IMG/VR virus record: IMGVR_UViG_2721755720_000002
Coordinates: 1 to 37,615 of that record
Direction: 5' to 3' (one strand)
Length of the DNA stretch: 37,615 nt
DNA from: a virus
Lineage: Duplodnaviria > Heunggongvirae > Uroviricota > Caudoviricetes
Under the pieces are notes generated by a model, which was not told where the DNA came from, did no database searches, and saw nothing but the letters and a program-made list of their open reading frames with translations. The translations under genes were made by a program, and so were the position numbers. Below, piece by piece: positions 18,898 to 30,096 of the stretch. How positions within the stretch are numbered: position 1 is the stretch's first letter; the number at the start of each line of letters is the position of its first letter.

Positions 18898-20306
18898 CCT
18901 CGATTAATCCTATCTTTGAACCGTTCATTGAGGCGCATCGCTACAAAGTCGCCAAAGGCGGTCGAGGTAGCGGTAAGTCATGGGCAATTGCGAGGCTGCT
19001 TGTTGAAGCGGCGCGTCGGCAGCCAGTGCGTATTCTCTGCGCTCGTGAACTGCAAAACAGTATCAGCGATTCAGTAATCCGGTTGCTTGAAGACACCATA
19101 GAGCGGGAAGGGTATTCGGCTGAGTTTGAAATTCAGCGTTCAATGATTCGTCATCTCGGAACGAATGCTGAATTCATGTTCTACGGCATCAAAAACAACC
19201 CTACGAAGATTAAATCGCTCGAAGGTATTGATATCTGCTGGGTGGAAGAAGCGGAGGCGGTAACGAAGGAATCGTGGGATATTCTGATACCAACCATTCG
19301 CAAGCCGTTTTCCGAAATATGGGTGAGCTTCAACCCGAAAAACATCCTCGACGATACCTATCAGCGATTCGTTGTAAATCCTCCCGATGATATTTGTCTG
19401 CTGACGGTGAACTACACCGACAACCCGCATTTTCCTGAAGTTCTCCGTCTGGAGATGGAAGAGTGTAAACGCAGAAATCCGACACTGTATCGTCACATCT
19501 GGCTTGGTGAGCCAGTAAGCGCAAGTGATATGGCAATCATCAAACGTGAATGGCTTGAAGCCGCAACCGATGCGCACAAGAAACTCGGATGGAAAGCGAA
19601 AGGCGCGGTTGTTTCTGCACATGACCCGTCAGATACAGGGCCAGATGCTAAAGGTTACGCATCGCGTCACGGTTCGGTGGTTAAGCGCATTGCCGAAGGT
19701 CTGCTGATGGACATCAACGATGGTGCTGACTGGGCTACTTCGCTGGCTATTAAAGACGGCGCTGACCATTACCTGTGGGATGGTGATGGTGTTGGTGCCG
19801 GGCTACGCAGACAGACAACGGAAGCGTTCTCCGGCAAGAAAATCACCGCCACGATGTTCAAGGGCAGTGAATCGCCATTCGATGAAGATGCGCCGTATCA
19901 GGCCGGAGCATGGGCTGATGAAGTCGTACAGGGTGACAACGTTCGCACTATTGGCGATGTGTTCCGCAATAAGCGAGCACAATTCTATTACGCGCTGGCT
20001 GACAGGCTGTATCTGACATATCGGGCGGTTGTTCACGGTGAGTATGCAGACCCAGACGACATGCTGAGTTTCGACAAAGAAGCGATAGGCGAGAAGATGC
20101 TGGAGAAGCTGTTTGCAGAACTGACGCAGATTCAGCGCAAATTCAATAATAACGGGAAGCTGGAGCTTATGACTAAGGTCGAAATGAAGCAGAAGCTCGG
20201 TATTCCATCTCCTAACCTGGCTGATGCGCTGATGATGTGTATGCATTGCCCGGCATTGGTCCGCGAAGAAACAGAAATATACGTTCCCTCATCCTCCGGT
20301 TGGTAA
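18894..20306 (+). CDS. terminase large subunit
   Basis: 470 aa; Walker A KGGRGSGKSWAIA, C-terminal nuclease-like domain; ATGA overlap with the small subunit. Confidence 0.9.
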   Translation: MTSINPIFEPFIEAHRYKVAKGGRGSGKSWAIARLLVEAARRQPVRILCARELQNSISDSVIRLLEDTIEREGYSAEFEIQRSMIRHLGTNAEFMFYGIKNNPTKIKSLEGIDICWVEEAEAVTKESWDILIPTIRKPFSEIWVSFNPKNILDDTYQRFVVNPPDDICLLTVNYTDNPHFPEVLRLEMEECKRRNPTLYRHIWLGEPVSASDMAIIKREWLEAATDAHKKLGWKAKGAVVSAHDPSDTGPDAKGYASRHGSVVKRIAEGLLMDINDGADWATSLAIKDGADHYLWDGDGVGAGLRRQTTEAFSGKKITATMFKGSESPFDEDAPYQAGAWADEVVQGDNVRTIGDVFRNKRAQFYYALADRLYLTYRAVVHGEYADPDDMLSFDKEAIGEKMLEKLFAELTQIQRKFNNNGKLELMTKVEMKQKLGIPSPNLADALMMCMHCPALVREETEIYVPSSSGW

Positions 20307-20308
20307 AC

Positions 20309-22435
20309 ATGGCAGAGACATTAGAGAAAAAACATGAGCGGATCATGCTCAGGTTTGACCGCGCCTATTCTCCACAGCAGGAAGTGCGCGAAAAGTGCAT
20401 TGAAGCTACGAGGTTTGCTCGTGTCCCCGGAGGTCAATGGGAAGGAGCAACGGCGGCTGGAACTAAGCTTGATGAGCAGTTCGAGAAGTATCCTAAGTTT
20501 GAAATCAATAAGGTAGCAACTGAACTTAACCGCATCATTGCAGAATACCGCAATAACAGAATCACCGTTAAGTTTCGTCCTGGTGACAGAGAGGCAAGCG
20601 AAGAGTTAGCCAATAAATTAAATGGTCTGTTCCGTGCTGACTACGAAGAAACCGATGGCGGTGAGGCTTGCGATAATGCATTTGACGACGCTGCTACTGG
20701 TGGTTTCGGTTGCTTCCGTTTGACGTCGATGCTGGTCAATGAATACGACCCCATGGACGATCGTCAGCGTATTGCTATTGAACCAATATACGACCCGTCG
20801 CGCTCTGTGTGGTTTGACCCTGACGCTAAGAAGTACGACAAATCTGACGCGTTGTGGGCGTTCTGCATGTATTCGTTGTCACCTGAAAAATATGAGGCTG
20901 AATACGGAAAGAAACCTCCTGCTTCTCTGGATGTAACGTCTATGACCAGTTGGGAATATGACTGGTTTGATGCAGATGTTATTTACATAGCGAAGTATTA
21001 CGAAGTTCGTAAAGAGTCTGTTGACGTCATCAGTTATCGACATCCAATCACTGGAGAGATTGCAACATACGACAGTGATCAGGTTGAAGATATTGAAGAT
21101 GAACTGGCAATAGCTGGATTTCAGGAAGTGGCAAGGCGCTCAGTGAAGCGCCGTCGTGTGTATGTATCAGTAGTGGATGGTGATGGTTTCCTTGAGAAAC
21201 CTCGACGTATTCCTGGTGAGCATATCCCCCTCATCCCGGTTTATGGAAAACGCTGGTTCATTGATGACATTGAGCGTGTCGAAGGGCACATTGCAAAAGC
21301 AATGGATCCACAGCGTTTGTACAACCTTCAGGTTTCAATGCTGGCTGATACTGCAGCGCAAGACCCCGGTCAGATCCCTATAGTTGGCGTGGAGCAAATT
21401 CGTGGACTTGAGAAGCACTGGGAGGCTCGCAACAAGAAACGCCCAGCGTTCTTGCCGTTGCGCGAAGTGAGAGATAAATCTGGCAACATTATCGCTGGAG
21501 CTACCCCGACAGGATATACACAGCCTGCGGTTATGAATCAGGCATTGGCTGCATTACTACAGCAAACCAGTGCAGATATTCAGGAGGTTACAGGCGGCAG
21601 TCAGGCCATGCAGCAGATGCCAAGTAATATTGCTCAGGAAACGGTTAACAACTTGATGAACAGAGCAGATATGGCTTCGTTTATCTATCTGGACAATATG
21701 GCGAAAAGTCTTAAACGCGCTGGTGAAGTATGGCTGTCAATGGCGCGTGAAGTGTACGGTTCAGAACGTGAAGTGCGCATCGTTAACGAAGATGGAAGTG
21801 ATGATATCGCTGTCCTGAGCGCACAGGTTGTTGACAGGCAAACAGGGGCTGTTGTTGCGTTAAATGACCTTTCTGTCGGTCGATACGATGTGACGGTTGA
21901 TGTTGGACCAAGCTACACAGCACGACGTGATGCAACGGTTTCTGTACTGACAAATGTCCTTAGCTCTATGCTTCCAACAGACCCAATGCGCCCGGCAATT
22001 CAGGGTATTATTCTGGACAATATCGATGGCGAAGGCCTTGATGACTTCAAAGAGTACAACCGAAACCAACTGCTGATATCTGGTATTGCAAAACCACGCA
22101 ATGAGAAAGAGCAGCAGATTGTTCAACAGGCGCAAATGGCAGCACAAAGCCAGCCAAATCCTGAAATGGTTCTCGCTCAGGCGCAAATGGTAGCAGCGCA
22201 GGCAGAAGCGCAAAAAGCAACTAACGAAACTGCTCAAACTCAAATCAAAGCATTTACTGCCCAGCAGGATGCGATGGAGAGTCAGGCAAACACTGTCTAT
22301 AAACTGGCTCAAGCCAGAAACATCGATGACAAAGCAGTGATGGAGGCAATACGCCTTCTGAAAGATGTCGCCGAGTCACAACAACAGCAATTCCAGTCAC
22401 CACCACAGTCACCGGCAGACTTAATGCCGAGTTAA
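20309..22435 (+). CDS. portal protein (about 708 aa, P22/Sf6-type)
   Basis: ATG at 20309 just after the terminase stop; long Gln/Ala-rich C-terminal helix typical of P22-like portals; the track ORF extends upstream into the terminase gene. Confidence 0.85.
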   Translation: MAETLEKKHERIMLRFDRAYSPQQEVREKCIEATRFARVPGGQWEGATAAGTKLDEQFEKYPKFEINKVATELNRIIAEYRNNRITVKFRPGDREASEELANKLNGLFRADYEETDGGEACDNAFDDAATGGFGCFRLTSMLVNEYDPMDDRQRIAIEPIYDPSRSVWFDPDAKKYDKSDALWAFCMYSLSPEKYEAEYGKKPPASLDVTSMTSWEYDWFDADVIYIAKYYEVRKESVDVISYRHPITGEIATYDSDQVEDIEDELAIAGFQEVARRSVKRRRVYVSVVDGDGFLEKPRRIPGEHIPLIPVYGKRWFIDDIERVEGHIAKAMDPQRLYNLQVSMLADTAAQDPGQIPIVGVEQIRGLEKHWEARNKKRPAFLPLREVRDKSGNIIAGATPTGYTQPAVMNQALAALLQQTSADIQEVTGGSQAMQQMPSNIAQETVNNLMNRADMASFIYLDNMAKSLKRAGEVWLSMAREVYGSEREVRIVNEDGSDDIAVLSAQVVDRQTGAVVALNDLSVGRYDVTVDVGPSYTARRDATVSVLTNVLSSMLPTDPMRPAIQGIILDNIDGEGLDDFKEYNRNQLLISGIAKPRNEKEQQIVQQAQMAAQSQPNPEMVLAQAQMVAAQAEAQKATNETAQTQIKAFTAQQDAMESQANTVYKLAQARNIDDKAVMEAIRLLKDVAESQQQQFQSPPQSPADLMPS

Positions 22436-22448
22436 CCAGGAGTAATCA

Positions 22449-23333
22449 ATGGAAAACGAACTGATCATCGACGGTCAGGTTATTGACCTGTCTGAAACAC
22501 AGGAAAATGCAGAAGAAACCATCATCCAAACAGAGTCACAGCCTGAGAATGAAAGCCAGGATGACAACGGTAAAGAGGTGGAAACTGAGCCTGAAAAAAC
22601 CGAAGAGACACCAGAAGATTACGCCTTGCGTATTGGTGATGAAGAAATTCAGCTTAACGCTGACGATGATGATCACATTGACGGGCAACCTGCACCGCAA
22701 TGGGTGAAAGATCTTCGCAAAGGCTTCAAAGAAACACAGAAAGAAAACCGTGAGTTGCGCCGCCAGCTTGAGGAAGCATTAGCCAAGCCAGCGGAACATC
22801 AGCAACCACAGCCAGACGCTATTCCACCAAAACCGACTCTTGAGTCGTGTGATTATGACGAACAGGCGTTTGAACAGGCATTGACTGATTGGCATGAGAA
22901 AAAAGGCCGTGTCGAACAGCAGCAGCAACAAAAACTACGTCAGCAACAGGAATACCAGCAGCGTTTCCAGCAAAGGGTAGAAGCGCATAAACAACGGGCA
23001 GCCAAACTTCCTGTGAAAGATTATCAGGAAATGGAAGCCATTGTTCTTAGTGAGCTACCACCAATTCAGCAGGAAATCATCATTCACTGTGCAGACGAAG
23101 GCTCTGAACTACTCGCCTATGGCTTAGGTAAGAGCCAGCAATTACGCCAGCGTGTAGCCGCTGAGACAGATCCAATTCGCGCAGCATTCCTCTTGGGGCA
23201 GATTAGCAAACAGGTAAGCCTTGCTCCAAAACCAAAGAAAGCCATCAAGCCAGAGCCGGAAGTACGTGGTGGCGGTGCTGATGCGAAACAAGACGAATTC
23301 AACAAATTATGCCCCGGCGCAAAAATCGAATAA
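22449..23333 (+). CDS. scaffolding protein
   Basis: 294 aa, acidic N-terminus, Gln-rich coiled-coil middle, helix-turn-helix-like C-terminus; between portal and coat. Confidence 0.75.
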   Translation: MENELIIDGQVIDLSETQENAEETIIQTESQPENESQDDNGKEVETEPEKTEETPEDYALRIGDEEIQLNADDDDHIDGQPAPQWVKDLRKGFKETQKENRELRRQLEEALAKPAEHQQPQPDAIPPKPTLESCDYDEQAFEQALTDWHEKKGRVEQQQQQKLRQQQEYQQRFQQRVEAHKQRAAKLPVKDYQEMEAIVLSELPPIQQEIIIHCADEGSELLAYGLGKSQQLRQRVAAETDPIRAAFLLGQISKQVSLAPKPKKAIKPEPEVRGGGADAKQDEFNKLCPGAKIE

Positions 23334-23344
23334 GGAAAAGATAA

Positions 23345-24616
23345 ATGCCTAACAATCTCGACAGTAACGTCAGTCAAATCGTTCTGAAAAAATTCCTTCC
23401 GGGTTTTATGTCAGATTTAGTTCTGGCGAAAACCGTAGACCGTCAGTTGCTGGCAGGTGAAATCAACTCCAGCACTGGCGATAGCGTTAGCTTTAAACGT
23501 CCGCATCAATTCTCATCCCTCCGTACTCCCACTGGTGATATTTCAGGGCAAAATAAAAACAACCTGATCTCAGGTAAAGCTACGGGGCGTGTAGGTAACT
23601 ACATCACTGTTGCTGTTGAATATCAGCAACTGGAGGAAGCGATCAAGCTTAACCAGCTGGAAGAAATTCTCGCGCCGGTTCGCCAGCGAATCGTTACCGA
23701 CCTTGAAACAGAGCTTGCTCACTTCATGATGAATAACGGTGCGTTGTCACTTGGTAGCCCCAATACTCCAATCACCAAATGGTCTGATGTTGCGCAGACG
23801 GCATCTTTCCTGAAAGACCTCGGCGTTAATGAAGGTGAAAACTATGCTGTAATGGATCCATGGTCTGCACAGCGACTTGCTGATGCGCAGACTGGTTTGC
23901 ATGCTTCAGATCAATTGGTTCGTACTGCATGGGAGAACGCACAGATCCCAACCAATTTTGGCGGCATTCGCGCACTGATGTCTAATGGGCTTGCCTCTCG
24001 TACGCAGGGGGCATTTGGCGGAACACTGACAGTCAAAACACAGCCAACTGTTACCTATAACGCAGTTAAAGACTCATACCAGTTCACTGTAACATTGACC
24101 GGAGCGACAGCCAGCGTTACAGGTTTTCTGAAAGCTGGTGATCAGGTCAAATTCACCAATACCTACTGGCTGCAACAGCAGACCAAACAGGCGTTGTATA
24201 ACGGAGCCACACCAATTAGCTTCACTGCAACGGTTACTGCTGATGCTAATTCAGACAGCGGTGGCGATGTGACGGTTACGCTTTCTGGTGTTCCGATTTA
24301 TGACACTACAAACCCGCAGTACAACTCTGTAAGTCGTCAGGTAGAGGCAGGCGATGCCGTATCTGTAGTAGGCACTGCTAGCCAGACAATGAAGCCAAAC
24401 CTGTTCTATAACAAGTTCTTCTGTGGACTTGGCTCTATCCCACTGCCGAAACTGCACAGTATTGATTCTGCTGTTGCAACATATGAAGGTTTCTCCATCC
24501 GCGTACATAAATACGCAGATGGCGATGCCAACGTGCAAAAAATGCGCTTCGACTTACTGCCTGCATATGTGTGCTTTAACCCTCACATGGGCGGTCAGTT
24601 CTTCGGTAATCCGTAA
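23345..24616 (+). CDS. major coat protein (Sf6/P22 type, 423 aa)
   Basis: Size and position; followed by a terminator; similarity recalled. Confidence 0.8.
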   Translation: MPNNLDSNVSQIVLKKFLPGFMSDLVLAKTVDRQLLAGEINSSTGDSVSFKRPHQFSSLRTPTGDISGQNKNNLISGKATGRVGNYITVAVEYQQLEEAIKLNQLEEILAPVRQRIVTDLETELAHFMMNNGALSLGSPNTPITKWSDVAQTASFLKDLGVNEGENYAVMDPWSAQRLADAQTGLHASDQLVRTAWENAQIPTNFGGIRALMSNGLASRTQGAFGGTLTVKTQPTVTYNAVKDSYQFTVTLTGATASVTGFLKAGDQVKFTNTYWLQQQTKQALYNGATPISFTATVTADANSDSGGDVTVTLSGVPIYDTTNPQYNSVSRQVEAGDAVSVVGTASQTMKPNLFYNKFFCGLGSIPLPKLHSIDSAVATYEGFSIRVHKYADGDANVQKMRFDLLPAYVCFNPHMGGQFFGNP

Positions 24617-24620
24617 TAAC

Positions 24621-24647
24621 AAGGGGCTTACGCCCCTTTTATGTTTT
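24621..24647 (+). terminator. intrinsic terminator after the coat gene
   Basis: AGGGGC-TTAC-GCCCCT followed by TTTTATGTTTT. Confidence 0.5.
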
Positions 24648-24658
24648 AAGGAAACAAT

Positions 24659-24844
24659 ATGGATCGGATGAGTGTATTCCTTGCCGCAGATAACGAATCC
24701 GGGCATGTACAGGCCGTTATCGCAGAAAAAGACTTCCAGTTTTTCGAAAGGTTGGGCTTTGTTGCCTCAGTTGATGAATTGAAACCGACCAGTAAGCGAG
24801 GTCGTAAGGCGGCAGACAATGGCAACAGTACTGACAAAGGGTGA
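24659..24844 (+). CDS. small hypothetical protein (61 aa)
   Basis: AAGGA Shine-Dalgarno; overlaps the start of the gp4 homologue. Confidence 0.35.
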   Translation: MDRMSVFLAADNESGHVQAVIAEKDFQFFERLGFVASVDELKPTSKRGRKAADNGNSTDKG

Positions 24845-25301
24845 GATCGTCCTTTTTGCGCTTCGTAAGTTTGCTATTGCTTCTAATGCATCGCTGACTG
24901 ATGTTGAGCCGCAATCAATTGAAGATGGTGTAAATGATCTGGAAGATATGATGTCCGAGTGGATGATTAACCCCGGCGACATTGGTTACGCTTTCGCAAC
25001 TGGAGATGATCAGCCATTACCAGATGATGAGTCAGGTCTTCCAAGAAAATACAAACACGCAGTAGGCTATCAGTTATTGCTGAGAATGCTATCTGATTAC
25101 AGCCTTGAACCAACTCAGCAAGTTCTCAGTAACGCCCAACGCTCATATGATGCCTTGATGACCGACACTCTGGTTGTTCCTTCAATGCGACGACGTGGAG
25201 ATTTTCCTGTAGGGCAGGGTAATAAATATGACGTGTTCACATCTGACCGATATTATCCAGGCGATCTCCCTCTGATTGATGGCGATATCCCAAACGCATA
25301 G
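24819..25301 (+). CDS. tail accessory factor (P22 gp4-like)
   Basis: 160 aa; ...LRKFAIASNASLTDVEPQSIEDGVNDLEDMMSEW parallels P22 gp4 as recalled. Confidence 0.7.
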   Translation: MATVLTKGEIVLFALRKFAIASNASLTDVEPQSIEDGVNDLEDMMSEWMINPGDIGYAFATGDDQPLPDDESGLPRKYKHAVGYQLLLRMLSDYSLEPTQQVLSNAQRSYDALMTDTLVVPSMRRRGDFPVGQGNKYDVFTSDRYYPGDLPLIDGDIPNA

Positions 25302-25309
25302 GTGAATAA

Positions 25310-26728
25310 ATGCCTATTCAGCAACTTCCGCTTATGAAAGGTGTCGGCAAAGACTTTAGAAACGCCGACTATATCGACTATCTGCCAGTGAATATGTTGG
25401 CTACACCCAAAGAAATCCTGAACAGCAGCGGATATCTTCGCTCATTCCCGGGCATTGCCAAACGTTCTGATGTGAACGGCGTATCGCGCGGAGTTGAGTA
25501 CAACATGGCGCAGAGTGCTGTTTATCGCGTGTGTGGGGGCAAGCTGTATAAGGGCGAAAGCGAAGTCGGTGATGTTGCCGGAAGTGGTCGTGTATCAATG
25601 GCACATGGTCGGACATCACAGGCAGTAGGCGTTAATGGTCAACTGGTCGAGTATCGCTATGATGGCACGGTTAAAACCGTCTCAAACTGGCCTACAGACA
25701 GCGGATTCACTCAGTATGAGTTAGGTTCGGTTCGCGACATTACGCGTTTACGTGGGCGTTATGCGTGGTCAAAAGACGGTACTGATTCATGGTTTATCAC
25801 TGACCTTGAAGACGAATCACATCCTGACCGATACAGCGCACAATATCGCGCAGAGTCTCAGCCTGACGGCATCATCGGCATCGGAACATGGCGAGACTTC
25901 ATCGTATGCTTTGGTTCATCGACGATTGAATATTTCTCCCTGACGGGTGCAACCACCGTTGGTGCTGCTTTGTATGTCGCACAGCCATCACTGATGGTGC
26001 AGAAAGGTATTGCCGGAACTTACTGCAAAACGCCGTTTGCTGATTCCTATGCGTTTATCAGCAATCCGGCAACAGGTGCGCCGTCTGTGTATATCATCGG
26101 TTCCGGTCAGGTGTCACCAATCGCCAGCGCGAGCATTGAGAAAATCCTCCGCTCCTACACTGCTGATGAACTGGCTGATGGCGTGATGGAATCGTTGCGG
26201 TTTGATGCGCATGAGTTGCTGATTATCCATCTTCCGCGCCACGTCCTCGTATACGACGCATCTTCAAGCGCCAATGGTCCGCAATGGTGTGTGTTGAAAA
26301 CAGGCCTGTATGACGATGTGTACCGCGCTATCGACTTCATTTACGAAGGCAATCAGATAACGTGCGGCGATAAGCTGGAATCGGTTATCGGCAAATTGCA
26401 GTTCGATATCAGCAGCCAGTACGACAAGCAACAGGAACACCTGTTGTTTACTCCGTTGTTCAAAGCGGATAACGCAAGAGTGTTCGACCTTGAGGTTGAA
26501 TCTTCAACTGGCGTTGCGCAGTACGCTGACCGCCTGTTCCTCTCTGCAACCACTGACGGAATCAATTACGGACGTGAGCAGATGATTGAACAGAATGAAC
26601 CGTTCGTTTACGACAAACGTGTTTTGTGGAAGCGAGTCGGGCGCATCAGGAAAAATGTCGGCTTCAAATTGCGCGTTATCACGAAGTCACCTGTCACTCT
26701 GTCTGGCGCTCAGATAAGGATTGAGTAA
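25310..26728 (+). CDS. tail hub/accessory factor (P22 gp10-like, 472 aa)
   Basis: [35 protein letters not shown]... and same length as P22 gp10. Confidence 0.85.
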   Translation: MPIQQLPLMKGVGKDFRNADYIDYLPVNMLATPKEILNSSGYLRSFPGIAKRSDVNGVSRGVEYNMAQSAVYRVCGGKLYKGESEVGDVAGSGRVSMAHGRTSQAVGVNGQLVEYRYDGTVKTVSNWPTDSGFTQYELGSVRDITRLRGRYAWSKDGTDSWFITDLEDESHPDRYSAQYRAESQPDGIIGIGTWRDFIVCFGSSTIEYFSLTGATTVGAALYVAQPSLMVQKGIAGTYCKTPFADSYAFISNPATGAPSVYIIGSGQVSPIASASIEKILRSYTADELADGVMESLRFDAHELLIIHLPRHVLVYDASSSANGPQWCVLKTGLYDDVYRAIDFIYEGNQITCGDKLESVIGKLQFDISSQYDKQQEHLLFTPLFKADNARVFDLEVESSTGVAQYADRLFLSATTDGINYGREQMIEQNEPFVYDKRVLWKRVGRIRKNVGFKLRVITKSPVTLSGAQIRIE

Positions 26729-27576
26729 TGGCGGATTCGAATCTCAATGTGCCGGTAATCATTCAGGCTACACGGCTCGACACATCAGTCCTTCCACGCA
26801 ATATCTTCTCGCAGTCGTATCTGCTTTACGTTATCGCACAGGGTACTGATGTTGGTAACGTGGCGAACAAGGCCAACGAGGCCGGACAGGGCGCTTATGA
26901 TGCACAAGTCAGGAACGATGAGCAGGATGTGATTCTGGTCGATCACGAAATTCGACTAGCATCGGCTGAAGCGAAGATACAGGACCACGAAACAAGGATC
27001 ACTAACGCAGAAGCGGCGATAGTCGGCCTTGATTCACGATTAACGACAGCAGAAAACGATATTGATTATCTGACGGATGAAGTTGTCTCCATTCAAAACA
27101 CGCTTTCAGACCATGAAACGCGCATCGATGCTCTTGAGTATGCCACTACGCGCAAGAAGTCAGAGGTTGTTTACTCTGGCGTATCAGTAACCATCCCGAC
27201 AGCGCCTACCAACCTTGTTAGCCTGCTGAAAACGCTCACGCCGTCATCGGGCACGTTGGCACCATTCTTCGACACCGTTAACAACAAGATGGTTGTGTTC
27301 AACGAGAACAAAACCTTGTTCTTCAAGCTGTCGATTGTCGGGACGTGGCCCAGCGGAACCGCCAACAGATCAATGCAGCTAACCTTTTCCGGCTCTGTTC
27401 CTGACACGTTGGTCAGCAGTCGTAATGCGGCGACAACAACCGATAACATCCTGTTAGCTACGTTCTTCAGCGTGGATAAAGACGGCTTTCTTGCCACAAA
27501 TGGCAGCACGTTAACCATTCAGTCGAATGGTGCGGCGTTTACTGCCACAACCATCAAAATCATTGCGGAGCAGTGA
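26728..27576 (+). CDS. tail needle (gp26-like N-terminus with a C-terminal knob, 282 aa)
   Basis: [43 protein letters not shown] matches the gp26 N-terminus; heptad repeats; extra C-terminal domain as in Sf6-type needles. Confidence 0.8.
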   Translation: MADSNLNVPVIIQATRLDTSVLPRNIFSQSYLLYVIAQGTDVGNVANKANEAGQGAYDAQVRNDEQDVILVDHEIRLASAEAKIQDHETRITNAEAAIVGLDSRLTTAENDIDYLTDEVVSIQNTLSDHETRIDALEYATTRKKSEVVYSGVSVTIPTAPTNLVSLLKTLTPSSGTLAPFFDTVNNKMVVFNENKTLFFKLSIVGTWPSGTANRSMQLTFSGSVPDTLVSSRNAATTTDNILLATFFSVDKDGFLATNGSTLTIQSNGAAFTATTIKIIAEQ

Positions 27577-28043
27577 TGGAAATAAAACTCATCGATAATC
27601 CGGTGAAGCTTGCAGAATTCCTCAACAACCCGGCAAACACGGGAAATATCGTAGACAGTGGAGATAAATACTACATCAAACCTGATGCGGTATATCTCGG
27701 CATCTACGAAGGATTAGTGCTGGCTGGAGTTCATGAAGTGCGTAACTTCTGGCATAGCGTTGTTGAATGCCATGCGGTGTACGACCCCGGATTCCGTGGT
27801 GAATATGCACTGCAAGGGCATCGATTATTCTGCAAATGGCTTCTCGAAAACTCACCATTCCTTAACAGCATCACCATGGTTCCTGACACCACGAAATACG
27901 GACGGGCAATTATCCGTTTGCTTGGCGCTACCCGTGTTGGTCACCTTGATGATGCGTACATGAGTAACGGAAAACCGGTTGGAATCACCCTCTATCAATT
28001 ACCTCGTTCAAAATATGAGGAGCTATTAAATGTTAGTACTTAG
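27576..28043 (+). CDS. gp14-like head assembly/ejection-associated protein
   Basis: Positional equivalent of P22 gene 14; ATG at 27576 overlaps the needle stop. Confidence 0.45.
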   Translation: MEIKLIDNPVKLAEFLNNPANTGNIVDSGDKYYIKPDAVYLGIYEGLVLAGVHEVRNFWHSVVECHAVYDPGFRGEYALQGHRLFCKWLLENSPFLNSITMVPDTTKYGRAIIRLLGATRVGHLDDAYMSNGKPVGITLYQLPRSKYEELLNVST

Positions 28044-28689
28044 CGAAAGCTTCAAGAATAAATTGCTTCCCATGAATGGGTACATGAAAGGCGGCAGCGA
28101 CTCCGGCTCTAAAGCCCAGGCACGCGCAACTGAAAAGGGTATCGAATTGCAGCGTGAAATGTGGCAGACGAACATGCAAAACCTTGCACCTTTCACGCCA
28201 CTCGCTCAGCAGTACGTATCACAGTTGCAGAATCTTTCCTCTCTTCAGGGTCAAGGTCAGGCTCTTAACCAGTATTACAACTCTCAGCAGTACAAAGACC
28301 TTGCAGGTCAGGCGCGCTATCAGAGTCTGGCAGCAGCAGAGGCAACGGGTGGATTAGGCTCTACAGCAACCGGAAACCAGTTGGCAGCAATCGCGCCTAC
28401 ACTCGGTCAAAACTGGCTGTCAGGTCAGATGAACAACTACAACAATCTGGCAAATATCGGCCTTGGTGCTCTTACAGGTCAGGCAAACGCTGGGCAGAAC
28501 TACGCTAACAACGTCAGCCAATTGTATCAACAGCAGGCGGCAGCATCTGCGGCTAATGCGAATAAACCATCAGGATTTCAGAGCGCCTTGGGGGGAGCGG
28601 CAGCAGGTGCAGCTGCAGGTACTGCAATCATGCCTGGTTGGGGTACAGCAATTGGTGCTGGCGTCGGTCTTCTTGGTTCACTTTTTTAA
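28030..28689 (+). CDS. ejection protein (P22 gp7-like)
   Basis: 219 aa, Gly/Ala/Gln-rich, GAGGAG Shine-Dalgarno; position in the gp7-gp20-gp16 series. Confidence 0.6.
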   Translation: MLVLSESFKNKLLPMNGYMKGGSDSGSKAQARATEKGIELQREMWQTNMQNLAPFTPLAQQYVSQLQNLSSLQGQGQALNQYYNSQQYKDLAGQARYQSLAAAEATGGLGSTATGNQLAAIAPTLGQNWLSGQMNNYNNLANIGLGALTGQANAGQNYANNVSQLYQQQAAASAANANKPSGFQSALGGAAAGAAAGTAIMPGWGTAIGAGVGLLGSLF

Positions 28690-28701
28690 TGGAGGTGTCT
28701 C

Positions 28702-30096
28702 TTGGCTACATGGCAACAGGCTGGTAATTCAGGTGCGCTTCTTGCCGGGTTAGGCGGCATGAACTCCAACGCTCCAAGAGCAAGTGATGCAGACGCCACG
28801 CTTGCATACATTCGACAGAATAACGAGATGGAGCGTTCAGGACGTAATAACGTTGGCTTGCAGGCTTTGCAGGGCATTTCATCTGTCATGGATATGTATA
28901 AGCAGATGGATCAGCAGAAGCGGCAGCAAGAGTTTCAGCAGGCTTATGCTGATGCATATACATCTGGTGACCGCGATGCAATGCGAAAGCTGGCATCACA
29001 GTATCCTGAGCAGTTTGACGCTGTAAGAAACGGCATGAAATTTGTCGATGAAGACCAGCGTTCCACTGTCGGTACACTGGCAGCAAGTGCCAGACTCGCA
29101 GCTTCATCTCCAGAAGCCATGATGTCATGGTTGCAGAACAACTCATCTGAGCTTACTCGTGCCGGAGTAGACCCTCTGGATGTGGCGAAAATGTATCAGC
29201 AAAATCCACAAGGTTTCACAGAGTTTGTTGATCACCTTGGAATGGCTGCACTTGGTCCAGAACAATATTTTCAGGCGCAAGACAGAATCGTTGGGCGTGA
29301 GATTGATCGCGGAAAACTTGCAGAGACAATCCGCAGCAATCAGGCTGGCGAGGCGCTAACAGCACGAGGTCAGAACATCACGATGCGCGGTCAGGATTTA
29401 TCTGCTTCTACTGCGCGACGCGGGCAGGATTTGGCAATGCAGCGAGCGTCAACAAGAGGAACCGCTGGGAATGATGAGCGTACAGTTCAGTTATCAGATG
29501 GCAGAACTGTAACGGTTGGCGGGAAACTTCACGGAGCTGGGGCAAATGCGTTCTACGAAGGCATCGACAACGAGGGGAATATGGTTCGCGTTCCTGCCAG
29601 TTCAATCGCAGCGCCTGCAACATCGTCTGCATCAGCACAAAACTATGCCATGAAGAAGGATATCGACGCGATCGCAAATGCAGACGCTTCTGCTCTCGAT
29701 TTCATGACAGGAATGACCGGAGGCGCAGGTAACCCGGCAATTGGTGCTGATGTTCGCAGCCGATTAACAGGAAAAGAGCAGCGCCAGTTATATAACTCAG
29801 CACAACGTATTCAGGGCAGAATGCAGAATCAGGGTGTGGCGGCAGCAAGGGACATGGGGGCCAGTGGTATTAACACCGTTGCAGAAGCGAAGATGTATTT
29901 TCAGGGGATGCCGCAGGTTGACTATTCAAGCCCGGAGGCTATGCAGCAGTCGATTCGCGAGATTCAGGAATACACCAACAATTACAACCAACAATATAAC
30001 GTTAATGTTGGTAAATCTCAGCGGCAGCAATCTCAACCTGCACAGGTATCACAGCCAGCAGCCAGCAGTAACTTTTCTTCACTATGGGGTGATTAA
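28702..30096 (+). CDS. ejection protein (P22 gp20-like; probable TTG start)
   Basis: 464 aa; GGAGG 6 nt upstream of TTG at 28702; size and position match gp20. Confidence 0.6.
   Translation: MATWQQAGNSGALLAGLGGMNSNAPRASDADATLAYIRQNNEMERSGRNNVGLQALQGISSVMDMYKQMDQQKRQQEFQQAYADAYTSGDRDAMRKLASQYPEQFDAVRNGMKFVDEDQRSTVGTLAASARLAASSPEAMMSWLQNNSSELTRAGVDPLDVAKMYQQNPQGFTEFVDHLGMAALGPEQYFQAQDRIVGREIDRGKLAETIRSNQAGEALTARGQNITMRGQDLSASTARRGQDLAMQRASTRGTAGNDERTVQLSDGRTVTVGGKLHGAGANAFYEGIDNEGNMVRVPASSIAAPATSSASAQNYAMKKDIDAIANADASALDFMTGMTGGAGNPAIGADVRSRLTGKEQRQLYNSAQRIQGRMQNQGVAAARDMGASGINTVAEAKMYFQGMPQVDYSSPEAMQQSIREIQEYTNNYNQQYNVNVGKSQRQQSQPAQVSQPAASSNFSSLWGD

Noticed and set aside
19140-22312. Several 68-160-aa minus-strand ORFs inside the terminase and portal genes (19140..19622, 19803..20246, 21860..22312)
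   Set aside because: Antisense to long, well-supported genes, with no ribosome-binding sites; typical shadow ORFs
22900-22990. CAG/CAA-rich low-complexity stretch
   Set aside because: In-frame poly-Gln coiled-coil segment of the scaffolding protein, not a repeat element
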